A stretch of DNA of 64,000 nucleotides from a virus: the IMG/VR virus record IMGVR_UViG_3300045988_144737; one strand, given 5' to 3'. Numbering within the stretch: the stretch's first letter is position 1; each line of letters begins with the position of its first letter. The notes under the pieces were generated by a model, which was given only the letters and a program-made list of their open reading frames with translations, did no database searches and had not been told where the DNA came from. The position numbers and the translations under genes were made by a program. Shown one piece after another: positions 1 to 9,419 of this stretch.

Positions 1-10
1 GATTTTTCCA

Positions 11-604
11 TTATTGTACCTCCTCAAACATATTGATATATACTTTTTCGCCATCAATGTTAATTTCTCGTGGTTGGTATCTCGACAATTCGTTACTTAT
101 CTCTACTATATCATCAAAACCAATAAACGAACTTTTTTTATGTAAAACATCAAGGCATTTTTCTACATAAGAATAACTATTTTTGCCACCTCTAAAATAT
201 ACATATTTGTTATTTTCATAAGTATCAATCAAAACACGATATATTCCTTGTCGCAAGCTAAGAATTTTGTACTTTACAATGTAATAAATATCCTTATTTT
301 CTTTAGTGTAATCACTTGGAACAAATATTATTAAAGCAAGAATATTTTTATTAATAGCTATCAATGTACCTCCGCCATGAAAATCATTTAATTCTTTTAA
401 TGCGTTTTTGTCAACGTTTGCACCAAAACAAGCACCGCCAATTTTATAACCAAGACAATCATGACATTTTTTGTTAAGAATATCATTAACATCATCAACA
501 TTATAAACCAACTCATGACCCAACAACGAATAATACGTACCAAACATCATTTCTTGATAGAATAGAAATTGTTCATATCCGTCAAGACTGTAATAAATTT
601 TCAT
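11..604 (-). CDS. hypothetical protein (197 aa)
   Basis: Uninterrupted ORF; SD AAAGGAGGAT (complement of 611-620) 6 nt before ATG; own promoter at 637-665. No family recognised; lacks CX3CX2C, so not NrdG. Confidence 0.6.
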   Translation of the reverse strand: MKIYYSLDGYEQFLFYQEMMFGTYYSLLGHELVYNVDDVNDILNKKCHDCLGYKIGGACFGANVDKNALKELNDFHGGGTLIAINKNILALIIFVPSDYTKENKDIYYIVKYKILSLRQGIYRVLIDTYENNKYVYFRGGKNSYSYVEKCLDVLHKKSSFIGFDDIVEISNELSRYQPREINIDGEKVYINMFEEVQ

Positions 605-636
605 TTTTAAATCCTCCTTTTATATCTTATAACACT

Positions 637-665
637 ATTTTATACTAAGTTAATAATATTGTCAA
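637..665 (-). promoter_or_regulatory. sigma-A/sigma-70-type promoter TTGACA-17-TAAAAT
   Basis: Minus-strand TTGACA (660-665) and TAAAAT (637-642) with a 17-nt spacer, just downstream of a terminator and upstream of ORF 11-604. Confidence 0.6.
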
Positions 666-685
666 TATGTATTTGATTATATTTT

Positions 686-716
686 GTAAAAAAATAAGGG
701 ATATTAATCCCTTATT
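686..716 (-). terminator. rho-independent terminator
   Basis: 10-bp stem AATAAGGGAT/ATCCCTTATT (693-702/707-716) followed on the minus strand by a T-run (plus-strand A-run 688-694). Confidence 0.75.
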
Positions 717-740
717 TTAGTTAATACATTATTTCTTACC

Positions 741-968
741 TCATTTTTTCTTTGTTTCATTTTCTTTTGGAAGTCCTTCGTTTTCTAACAACGCTCTTTT
801 CGATAATTCCTCTTTTGCCAATCTCAATGCCTCGGTTAAAGTTTGAACACGATTATCTAGGAATTCGCAAACACCTTGAATTTTAATAATATTTTCTCTT
901 AATTGATTATTTTCTTTTTGGAGTAATTCATTCAAACTTCTTGTATCTAAATCTTCGCTTTCACTCAT
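741..968 (-). CDS. small coiled-coil protein (75 aa)
   Basis: ORF with SD AAAGGAGGAAA upstream; heptad-like charged sequence; no family recognised. Confidence 0.55.
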   Translation of the reverse strand: MSESEDLDTRSLNELLQKENNQLRENIIKIQGVCEFLDNRVQTLTEALRLAKEELSKRALLENEGLPKENETKKK

Positions 969-981
969 ACTATTTCCTCCT

Positions 982-2262
982 TTAATCCATTCCTAAATGA
1001 TAAACCCTATCATGAATATCGTTTGCTCTCCCATCGTTAAATGGGTTTGTACTAATGTATCCGCACACTCTAAGAGCGATATTCATTTTATTAAAATCAT
1101 CATTTCCACATTGAGGACAATGAAACTTAAAATCATCTTCCATTTTTATATCCGTACAACCGCAAATATGACAATAGCTTGTAGTTGTATTTATCTCAGC
1201 ATACATAATTGTTCCATAAATATGCTTTAACACCTCTATTATAGCATCGATGTTATTAGTCATATTAGGTGTTTCAATATAACTAATTGCTCCGCCCGAA
1301 CTCAATTCTTGAAATTCACTTTCTATAGTGAGTTTACTAAAAGCATCGATTTTTTCGCTTGGTGTTACATGATAAGAATTTGTTACATATTTTTTATCAG
1401 TAATCCCATCAATTATACCAAATCTTTGTTGCAAACATTTAGCAAATTTATAAGTTGTCGATTCAATTGGACTACCATAAACGGAAAACCCAATATTAGT
1501 TTGTTCTTTCCAACGTTCGCAAGCATCATTTAACGCCTTCATTACTTTTAAACCAAAGACTTTTCCCTCGAATTGGGTGTGCGATTGATTGGTCATATAT
1601 TTTACACATTCATATAATCCAGCATAACCCAAAGAGATTGTTGAATACCCACCATATAATAAATCATCAATGACATCTCCCTCTTTTAGGCGAGCATACG
1701 CCCCATGTTGCCATAAGATAGGAGCAACATCAGATTTTACCCCTTTTAAACTATTGTGTCTAACCATAAGTGCTCGATAACACAACTCTAATCTTTCATC
1801 TAATATTTTCCAAAACTTGTTAAAATCGCCTTCGCTAGATAGTGCCACATCAGGAAGATTTATGGTTACAACACCTTGATTAAATCTTCCGTAATATTTT
1901 GGTTTTCCTTCACTATCATAATAGGGAGACAAAGCGCTTCTACATCCCATTACAGGAAAAACGCTACCCTCTTTTAGCTTTTTCATTATCTTGGCTGAAA
2001 TATAATCAGGCACTAGTCTTTTGGAACTACACTCAGCTGCCAATTTTGTCAAATAATAAAACTCACTATCCTCATGAATATTATTTTCGTCTAAGACAAA
2101 AATTAATTTAGGAAACGCAATAGTGATTGGTTTTCCTTGAATGTTTTTGACACCCTCTATTCTTTGCTTTAATACCTCTTCGATAATTAATGCCAAATCT
2201 TTTTTTGTTTGATTATCATCAACTTCGTTTAAATACATAAACATTGTTGTGAACGGTGATTG
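982..2262 (-). CDS. nrdD: anaerobic ribonucleoside-triphosphate reductase NrdD, exon 2 (C-terminal part)
   Basis: C-terminal glycyl-radical motif ALRVCGYIS and Zn-ribbon CHICGC...CPQCG. The frame stays open upstream of the first Met through QSPFTTMFMYL, matching the class III RNR block NGQ.PF..FMYL. Confidence 0.9.
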   Translation of the reverse strand, partial: QSPFTTMFMYLNEVDDNQTKKDLALIIEEVLKQRIEGVKNIQGKPITIAFPKLIFVLDENNIHEDSEFYYLTKLAAECSSKRLVPDYISAKIMKKLKEGSVFPVMGCRSALSPYYDSEGKPKYYGRFNQGVVTINLPDVALSSEGDFNKFWKILDERLELCYRALMVRHNSLKGVKSDVAPILWQHGAYARLKEGDVIDDLLYGGYSTISLGYAGLYECVKYMTNQSHTQFEGKVFGLKVMKALNDACERWKEQTNIGFSVYGSPIESTTYKFAKCLQQRFGIIDGITDKKYVTNSYHVTPSEKIDAFSKLTIESEFQELSSGGAISYIETPNMTNNIDAIIEVLKHIYGTIMYAEINTTTSYCHICGCTDIKMEDDFKFHCPQCGNDDFNKMNIALRVCGYISTNPFNDGRANDIHDRVYHLGMD

Positions 2263-3225
2263 CGTGTCCGTTCTACACGTAGACTATCTCTTTACCATGC
2301 CACTATTATCTCAACAATGGTTTAGGTAGATGGCGCTTCCAAACAAGGAGTTTCACCTTGAATGTACGGATTTCATAAGCATATCCAATGACTTAGCTCG
2401 TATATCCTAGTCGTTACACCTTCAAAAAGGTTTCCCTTAATGCTTGGCACGATATTACCTACAATAAATATTTATATTTATCTAATACTTTTTCTATCAA
2501 TTGTTTGTTTTTAATAATTGTAGTTTTCTTTGGTTTTATAGGTTTGCCATCATTATCAACATACCTAAATACAAAACCACCTGTACTACCTCTTTTTCCT
2601 CTCGCAACAGCACACACGTGTGAAAAACACAAGTCAAGCTCTTTCGACGCTAACATTGCAGACTCATAAACTATATCGGTTGTTAGTTCTAAAATTCTTT
2701 TTGACGTAGAATTTAAATCTCCAACCTTTCCCCACATATGATTTAGTTCGCCCATTTGAGATAATGCAATTTTTTGCTTTGTTTCTTCTTTGTGCAAACC
2801 ACCTTTTCCACCAGGCTTAATATTATATCCATTGTTTATCGAGTCATAAAATGATATATAATACTTCTCTAATTCATCTAGTGTTTCTTGGTTGTTTATA
2901 TTGTGTTCTATTGTTTCAAATTTAAAATTTTCAAAACCATATTTACGCATTGCTTTTATAATAGGTCTTACACCTTTGCTTCTATATTTAACATCATCAC
3001 TATATTGCTTTATCCTTTGCTCTAAAGTCTTATGAGATTGACCTATATATATTTTTCCATTAGCAATGTTTGTGATTTTATATATAATAATTTTACATCA
3101 CCCCTTATTAAAGATATAAAATTATTGCAGGTTTCATCGTTAGCCAACATATTGTTGACACCCTAGATTTCTAGGTTCACCATCTTATGCTCCATAATGT
3201 TTCCACTATGGACAGCCAATTCTTA
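2263..3225 (-). mobile_element. group I intron interrupting nrdD (boundaries +/- a few nt)
   Basis: Exon 1 ends ...ACAAATGGT (U) with an in-frame TAA immediately after. The intron ends ...GGACACG (G) before CAATCACCG. It contains a GATAGTC P7-like block, an internal HEG ORF, and blocks shared with the intron at 41748-42660. Confidence 0.75.
2459..3091 (-). CDS. intron-encoded GIY-YIG homing endonuclease
   Basis: The frame upstream of the tracked Met (2950) reads KIIIYKITNIANGKIYIGQS, the GIY...YIG motif. It is open only to 3097 and has no ATG there; an ATT/ATA start after GGGGTGA is assumed. Confidence 0.7.
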   Translation of the reverse strand: MIIYKITNIANGKIYIGQSHKTLEQRIKQYSDDVKYRSKGVRPIIKAMRKYGFENFKFETIEHNINNQETLDELEKYYISFYDSINNGYNIKPGGKGGLHKEETKQKIALSQMGELNHMWGKVGDLNSTSKRILELTTDIVYESAMLASKELDLCFSHVCAVARGKRGSTGGFVFRYVDNDGKPIKPKKTTIIKNKQLIEKVLDKYKYLL

Positions 3226-4131
3226 ACCATTTGTTGATGACATTGTTATTAGTTGATATTGAATTGTTTGGACTCCGTCTCTAATCTCCTCTCGAACACG
3301 TTGTTCAACAATAGAATCTAGGTCAGTTGTAATATCAATTGACTCGCCAACACTTGCCAAAATATCCATTGCCTCCTTCTCAACTTGTTCTCTAATTTTT
3401 TGTCTACTAATATCAACAAAAGGAGCTAAATGAGATAGCGTAAAAGAATTTCCTCCAAATTGAGATGATGACACTTGTGTAATCACTTGTGTAGCAATAG
3501 TACACGCAGTTTTGAACGAATGTGGTTTTTCTATTTTTACTCCGCTAATTACAGTTCCGTTTTGCAACATATCCTCAAGATTAATCAAACAACAATTTGT
3601 CAATGGCATTGTTGGGCTGTAATCCATATCATGAAAATGAATCAATCCTTCGTTGTGCGCATTGACAATATCTTTTGGTAAAATTATCTTTTGTGCCATT
3701 TCCTTACAAGTAAATCCAGCTAGATAATCTCTCATAGTCGAAACAATACGAGTATCTTTATTACTGTTCTCTTTATTGGCTTCATCATTTGTTCCATTGA
3801 TTAGAGATTTTATTTGATTATATTTTTTATCCAAATCTTTGTTTAATTCACGAGATAATTCTCTCTTATATCTATACCGAATGAACGCTCGAGCAACATC
3901 AACGTACCCAAAATCACAAAGCGTACTCTCTATATTATTTTGGATTTCTTCGACGTTAATATCATCATTCATTTTTTTAATCTTAACATACACACTACGT
4001 AAGACCTTGTTAATGTCTTTATCAAATACATTTGCTGAACCGTAAACTTCTTTAAAAGCCTTTGTGATAGCAACTTCTATTTTAGTTACATCAAATTTTA
4101 CTTTTCTACCATCTCTTTTTGTTATTTCCAT
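3226..4131 (-). CDS. nrdD: anaerobic ribonucleoside-triphosphate reductase NrdD, exon 1 (ATP-cone and N-terminal part)
   Basis: N-terminus MEITKRDGRKVKFDVTKIEVAI is ATP-cone-like; ends ...YQLITMSSTNG just before the conserved Q.PF block found in exon 2; SD AGAGAGGAA upstream. Confidence 0.9.
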
Positions 4132-4351
4132 AACGTTCCTCTCTTTCTTTTAATATAAAATTAAGCAACCAATATACCATTGCTACGAACAAAACAATGG
4201 CTAACAAAGCAATGACCAAAGGAAATATTCCATACGCACACACAATTATAAATAGGTCGATAATTAATATTGCGACAACAAACGATAATATAATTCGAAG
4301 CCACAAACCTATACCCCACAATTCTTTAAATACTACGAATATTTCTCTCAC
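4106..4351 (-). CDS. small integral membrane protein (81 aa, GTG start)
   Basis: Two long hydrophobic segments; GAGGT 9 nt upstream of GTG; overlaps the nrdD start by 26 nt. Confidence 0.5.
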   Translation of the reverse strand: MREIFVVFKELWGIGLWLRIILSFVVAILIIDLFIIVCAYGIFPLVIALLAIVLFVAMVYWLLNFILKEREERYGNNKKRW

Positions 4352-4354
4352 ATT

Positions 4355-4624
4355 CTATAACCTCACAAGAATATTGTCTACTTTATCATATACATCGATA
4401 TAGACTTCTTTTGCATTTCCATTGTTTGTCACTTCAAACAAACAATTATCTACATTTGTTGCTATGATGGCTTTATTGTTTTGCAATGTTTTACAAGCCC
4501 AAACAATAAAAGTATTAAAATTATCAAAAGGAAAACTATCATCATTTTCATATTTTTCTTTGTAATAATCCCAAACAAGTTCTGTTGCAATGTTTAAAAA
4601 CGTATCTCCATCCATATTTATCAC
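4355..4624 (-). CDS. hypothetical protein (89 aa)
   Basis: ORF in a tightly packed co-directional string; no motif recognised. Confidence 0.5.
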   Translation of the reverse strand: MINMDGDTFLNIATELVWDYYKEKYENDDSFPFDNFNTFIVWACKTLQNNKAIIATNVDNCLFEVTNNGNAKEVYIDVYDKVDNILVRL

Positions 4625-4887
4625 TCCTTATCTAATTCAATGCCTTCAATTTCTGCTCTAATTTTTAAACAACGAATATAGTTACCCATATATTTCTTTT
4701 GCTCTTTCAATAATTCTAATGAACATTTTGGTGTAAATGTCAATGTACCAGCCTCATATTTGACTGTCATCGCATCCAATTTATCATAACGGATTTTTGC
4801 TTGAAAATACTCACCTCTAAACCTTTCTTTATAATCGTTGCTATTCATCATTTCGATTGTATCTTCTAGTTCTATGATTTTTTTCAT
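4621..4887 (-). CDS. hypothetical protein (88 aa)
   Basis: ORF with a 4-nt overlap to the downstream gene (translational-coupling style); no motif recognised. Confidence 0.55.
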   Translation of the reverse strand: MKKIIELEDTIEMMNSNDYKERFRGEYFQAKIRYDKLDAMTVKYEAGTLTFTPKCSLELLKEQKKYMGNYIRCLKIRAEIEGIELDKE

Positions 4888-4897
4888 TTTATCCTCC

Positions 4898-5242
4898 TTA
4901 TTGTTCCCATGATATAAATATTTCTTCTTGTATATCCATCGTATTGATTACTCTTACATAATAATATTTTTTCTCAAAAAAGTCAACAACTTTTTTAATA
5001 GCCTCATTTGTTGCATTATTATCGTTTGACACATATATGCTTGTTGATAACTTTCCGCTTTTTGCACTATTAAAAATGCTTTCGCTCGCTAATGTAATTA
5101 ATCTAGCACTTTCTTTTTTGTATAATTCCAAATATTTTAATTTTGATATAGCTTTCATATCATTTGCATTTGGAAAATTATCAATATCAATACTCTTTTC
5201 ATCAGCAATGTTATCGACTTTTGTTGTTACTTCTTCTAACAT
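4898..5242 (-). CDS. hypothetical protein (114 aa)
   Basis: ORF abutting the helicase stop; no motif recognised. Confidence 0.5.
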   Translation of the reverse strand: MLEEVTTKVDNIADEKSIDIDNFPNANDMKAISKLKYLELYKKESARLITLASESIFNSAKSGKLSTSIYVSNDNNATNEAIKKVVDFFEKKYYYVRVINTMDIQEEIFISWEQ

Positions 5243-7465
5243 TTAATTCTCCTCCTTCAACAACCCACATAAAAATGTTTGGCGTGCTTGAACACCACTT
5301 GTTCGTGTGGCGTGTATTAAAGCATCTGTTTTAGCACAAAGAATACATCTTTTCTTAGCTCTAGTAATCATTGTATATAGTAATTCCTTATTCAATAATT
5401 TATATGCTGTATAATCTAACGCTCCAATCACAATATCTCTTTGAGAACCTTGAAATTTATGGCAAGTAATTGCATATGCCAAATCAATAGAATCAAACAT
5501 TTTATAATCAACTTCGACTTCTCCACATAAATCAAAGTCACAAACAAATGAATTGTTTTTATAATCAATTGAAATAACTTTGCCTTGATAACCGTTGAAC
5601 ACATCCACAAGACCATCGCTTGTCTCAATCTTTGTTTTATTTTTTGTGTTAATAATTCTATCTCCTACATATATAGAATAATCCTTGTTAATTTGTAGTG
5701 GTTTTCCTTTGATATAGGCATTGTCTAATAAATATTTTTGAATATGTCTATTAAGGCTTAAACAAGACGAATCTCCTTTATTTCGCATTGGTGAAATAAT
5801 TTGTATTTTAGATGTATCTTGAGTTGCTTCTACGCTCTTTTCATAATATTTTAAAACATATGGCAATGTCAATTTGTTTTCAGCATAGGTTTGTAATAAA
5901 AAATCTTTCATTTCTCCTCTAATGTCATTTCCATAAAAATCATTAGAACATAATTGCTCTTTCATTCTTACCTTTGTAGCCTCTGTTATAATGGCGGACT
6001 TTTTAGCTTGTCTAAATATTTGCGTAAATTCAACTACTGGAACAACTCCACTATTAACAATATCTCTAAATACCGAACAAGCACCAAGCGATTCTAATTG
6101 TGCTAAATCACCTAACATAATTAGTTGTTTTCCGTCATCGATAGATTGTACCAATCTGTAAAATAACTCCCCATCGACCATAGAGCTTTCGTCAAGAATA
6201 ACGCTATCCATCAACGGATTATCCCTATTCTTTAACCATTCTCCGCCATCCCCAAGACCATATCCTAATAATCTATGAATTGTTGAACCATCTTGCCCCA
6301 CAACTTCACCTAATCTTGATGCAGCCATGCCAGACAAAGCAGTTAAATTATAATATTCATTAGAACAAGAAATAATACCTTTTACAACAGTTGTCTTTCC
6401 AGTACCAGCAGGAGAGTTAATGGCTAAAACATTTTTACTTAACGCTAATTTAATTGCATTGGCTTGCTCATCACTATATTTAAACCCTTGCTCTTCTTCT
6501 ACTTGAGACATTCTTTTATTAAATTCTTCTACTTCATCTTTACTCATTTGTCTATCTTGCTTTAACAATCTCATCAATTCACGACAAATACCCACCTCTA
6601 AATTCCTAGTTTTAACCATGGATATTTTAGTTCGCTCCTCGTTTCTCCATACAATGTTTTTATCAACCAATTCATCCAAAGCGTCTCGTGTCGATAAAAT
6701 AATTTTTTTCTTAGTTTGCTCATCTAAAACTATATCAGGAAATAATGTATAAACCTTATCTACAATTTGTTGCGAATTCAACCATGTGTCACCGTTACTA
6801 TTACTTTCTAGTAATGTGTGCATAATATATCCCCCAATTCGATATGTGCTAAATTTCTTAATGCCGACTTTTAATGCTATTTCATCAGCTTTAGCCCAAC
6901 CAATTCCAGGAACATCTATAATCAACCTATAAGGGTCGTGCTGTATCATATAGACCGCTTTTGACACATCTGGATAAATATTAGCTATAGTTTTAATAGT
7001 GTTCGCAGTTAAGCCATATTGGCTCATAGCACTAATAAAACTAAAATATTTTTTATTAAGCGTAAATCTTTCAATTAACTTCTTTGCACTAGACTCTCCA
7101 ATCCCCTTAACCTTAGTAATTGAATCAATATCTTCGCTCGCTATAACTTCGATTGGATTATCATACACCTCTTTAAATGATTTAATTTGTCGAGGGGTTA
7201 AAATAATTCCCAAAAAGCTATCAACATTCATCTTATCAACATCGATTGACTCATTAACAAAAACAATGTCTACTTGTTTTCCATACTTTTCATCATTAAC
7301 CCAATTTCCAATAAGCGAATAAACAACGTTTGATTTTGGTTCTGGAAATATCCCTTTCGCAGTAAACGTTTCATTGCTTTCAATATCGAGAAGGGAATAG
7401 ATGCCCCAATCTCCTTTGCGATATACTATTTTCTTAACGTATACACTTGTTTTAATTTCATTCAT
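5243..7465 (-). CDS. RecD-like (RecD2-type) SF1 DNA helicase
   Basis: Walker A NSPAGTGKTT and Walker B ILDESSMVD; N-terminal OB-like region, HhH-like segment and C-terminal SF1 motifs (TCHKFQGSQ). Confidence 0.85.
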   Translation of the reverse strand: MNEIKTSVYVKKIVYRKGDWGIYSLLDIESNETFTAKGIFPEPKSNVVYSLIGNWVNDEKYGKQVDIVFVNESIDVDKMNVDSFLGIILTPRQIKSFKEVYDNPIEVIASEDIDSITKVKGIGESSAKKLIERFTLNKKYFSFISAMSQYGLTANTIKTIANIYPDVSKAVYMIQHDPYRLIIDVPGIGWAKADEIALKVGIKKFSTYRIGGYIMHTLLESNSNGDTWLNSQQIVDKVYTLFPDIVLDEQTKKKIILSTRDALDELVDKNIVWRNEERTKISMVKTRNLEVGICRELMRLLKQDRQMSKDEVEEFNKRMSQVEEEQGFKYSDEQANAIKLALSKNVLAINSPAGTGKTTVVKGIISCSNEYYNLTALSGMAASRLGEVVGQDGSTIHRLLGYGLGDGGEWLKNRDNPLMDSVILDESSMVDGELFYRLVQSIDDGKQLIMLGDLAQLESLGACSVFRDIVNSGVVPVVEFTQIFRQAKKSAIITEATKVRMKEQLCSNDFYGNDIRGEMKDFLLQTYAENKLTLPYVLKYYEKSVEATQDTSKIQIISPMRNKGDSSCLSLNRHIQKYLLDNAYIKGKPLQINKDYSIYVGDRIINTKNKTKIETSDGLVDVFNGYQGKVISIDYKNNSFVCDFDLCGEVEVDYKMFDSIDLAYAITCHKFQGSQRDIVIGALDYTAYKLLNKELLYTMITRAKKRCILCAKTDALIHATRTSGVQARQTFLCGLLKEEN

Positions 7466-7482
7466 ACAAAACTATCTCCCTC

Positions 7483-9117
7483 CTAATATGACAAAGTAGT
7501 CCACGCTTCAACTAACTCCTTTTTTTCATCAGTATCTATCCATTTTTCTTTACCTTTATCAGTAACTATTTTTTTCTTCTTAAACTCTTCTTTGAATGTA
7601 TTGACCTTTATTATACTATTTAACTTAAATGGTTGTTTTAGAAAATTAAATCTATTTTTGGTATTCGTAGAAATAATTTCACCATTTTGCAAGTTATATA
7701 ATTTCATATAAGGTTTACATTCATCTCTATAAGTTTTATACTCCACTACATAATAAATTGATTTTAAATCATTGTTTGAATAAACAATATTTCCAACAAA
7801 GTCACTTTGAACTCTTAATATAAGTTTAAGCGGTATACTTTTATTTTCAATCTCTTTTTCTATATCTTTTAAAAACGAAATGCAATCAAACTCACTATAT
7901 CTTTTTGGTGTTTTTTTATTACAATATTGACCAACCTTTTCAATATCTACTTCATATGATTTAATTATCTTCTTTTCTTTTGGAGCATACTTTAGTTTAT
8001 ATTCGCTATCAAAAACAATATTATCACTCGTTGAAAATTGTTTCTTATTATAAAATCTATCAAAATAATCTAAAATTGTCAATAACTTTTGTGACTTTCC
8101 AAATTCTTCAAAAAAATCTAACATAATTAATATTTTTAACATTCCAAAATTAATAGACTTGATTTTTAATAATTCACATAACAAGTCAACAAAACTATCA
8201 TACTCATTGTTTCTCAATAAATACAAATCATCGCCAACTTGTTCCCCGATACTTTTTATATTCGACAATCCTTTATAAATCACTTTACTATCTTTATCGA
8301 AGAAATAAAATGATTTAGAATATCTAAATTTCCAATTTGCGAATGTAATACCTACACCTTTGGCATAGTTAGTAATTCTCTCAACTTTCTCATGATTGTC
8401 GCCAAAAATATTCATAAAGGTAGTAATAAACTCCAACGGATAATAATATCTTAAATAACCACAAATATAACCAATACAAGAATAAGCATCAGAGTGATTA
8501 AATGAGAAACCATATGAACTCGCATCCAATATAGCTTGAATAAATGGTTTAATAATTTCTTTACATTTTGTAACAGGAACATTATATTCTTGAGAAGTAT
8601 ATGAAATAAATCTACTTTCTATTTCTGGCAACAAAGATTCAGTGCCAGATTTTTTACTAATTGCTCTTCGAACATTGTCTGACTCCGCCATCGAATATCC
8701 ACAAAATTTTACTAAGAACATCATAATTTGTTCTTGCATTACTAATCTACCTAATGTTGGACTTAAAAAATCATCTAACTCTTTTAAACCATTGTGATAA
8801 AATTCTCCATTGGTTGCCTCGTCTCGAAAACTCGCACAACCAGGTCTGATTAGCCCGTTAGCAAAACTCATTAATTTGATTTTAGAGATATTTTGATTTG
8901 TCTCCTCTATTTTTGATAACGTTTTTTCACTAAACATATTTGATAATGTTTTATATCCTAATGGGGATTCCATTTGGAATATTCCAATGGTATCTCTAGC
9001 AATATCTTTCCAAACTTTTTCATCCTCTAAATCTACATTATCAGGAGTTAGTCTGGGTATGTTGGCTAATTTACAAGTTTCATTAATTAGCCCGATGTTA
9101 TCTACAAATTTGTTACA
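7483..9117 (-). CDS. dnaE: DNA polymerase III alpha (DnaE-type), C-terminal part (exon 2 or separate polypeptide)
   Basis: The frame is open upstream of the tracked Met to 9117: CNKFVDNIGLINETCKLANIPRLTPDNVDLEDEKVWKDIARDTIGIFQMESPLG. This corresponds to the Pol III alpha block after DFLGL ending in GVFQ.ES. There is no SD before the internal Met. Confidence 0.8.
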   Translation of the reverse strand, partial: CNKFVDNIGLINETCKLANIPRLTPDNVDLEDEKVWKDIARDTIGIFQMESPLGYKTLSNMFSEKTLSKIEETNQNISKIKLMSFANGLIRPGCASFRDEATNGEFYHNGLKELDDFLSPTLGRLVMQEQIMMFLVKFCGYSMAESDNVRRAISKKSGTESLLPEIESRFISYTSQEYNVPVTKCKEIIKPFIQAILDASSYGFSFNHSDAYSCIGYICGYLRYYYPLEFITTFMNIFGDNHEKVERITNYAKGVGITFANWKFRYSKSFYFFDKDSKVIYKGLSNIKSIGEQVGDDLYLLRNNEYDSFVDLLCELLKIKSINFGMLKILIMLDFFEEFGKSQKLLTILDYFDRFYNKKQFSTSDNIVFDSEYKLKYAPKEKKIIKSYEVDIEKVGQYCNKKTPKRYSEFDCISFLKDIEKEIENKSIPLKLILRVQSDFVGNIVYSNNDLKSIYYVVEYKTYRDECKPYMKLYNLQNGEIISTNTKNRFNFLKQPFKLNSIIKVNTFKEEFKKKKIVTDKGKEKWIDTDEKKELVEAWTTLSY

Positions 9118-9122
9118 CTATG

Positions 9123-9419
9123 CTATTTTATAATATTTAATAATTTGTTTGTAATGTTATCTTTGTAACTTATTCTCTCTAGTTTAATGTTGTGTTTGCA
9201 TAATAATTTTTCTTTAAGTTTATCCCTATATTGACTATTTAAAAATTTTTGCTTATTTTTATGAAAATGTTTACTATATCTAAAATGTTGATTTCCATCA
9301 AACTCAATTACCAAATTTAAAGACTCGATATAAATATCTACAAACATATGTTTGTTTGTTTTGTCGTTGACCCACCAATCCCATGTTTTTTCTAATTGAT
9401 ACTTTATATTTTTTTTCAT
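9123..9419 (-). CDS. homing-endonuclease nuclease domain (DUF559/Vsr-like PD-(D/E)XK type)
   Basis: VDIYIESLNLVIEFDGNQHF resembles the D...(I/V)E.DG..H core of DUF559/Vsr-like endonucleases. It starts inside an A8 tract, in a different frame from ORF 9304-10167. Confidence 0.5.
   Translation of the reverse strand: MKKNIKYQLEKTWDWWVNDKTNKHMFVDIYIESLNLVIEFDGNQHFRYSKHFHKNKQKFLNSQYRDKLKEKLLCKHNIKLERISYKDNITNKLLNIIK

Noticed and set aside
11-604. Could ORF 11-604 be NrdG, the class III RNR activase expected next to nrdD?
   Set aside because: It has no N-terminal CX3CX2C radical-SAM cluster or glycine-rich SAM motif. Its only Cys pair is CHDC, in mid-protein. It is left as hypothetical.
997-2111. 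Plus-strand ORFs (997-1230, 1309-1533, 1899-2111) inside nrdD exon 2
   Set aside because: They lie antisense to a well-supported NrdD coding frame. Their sequences are low-complexity and I/F/L/N-rich, typical of AT-rich shadow frames, and they lack an SD.
3475-7322. Antisense or alternative-frame ORFs 3475-3681, 3839-4045, 4197-4403, 5037-5246, 5428-5628 and 6999-7322
   Set aside because: Each is fully embedded in, or opposite to, a longer motif-bearing gene (nrdD, RecD-like helicase, small operon genes), with no SD and shadow-frame composition.
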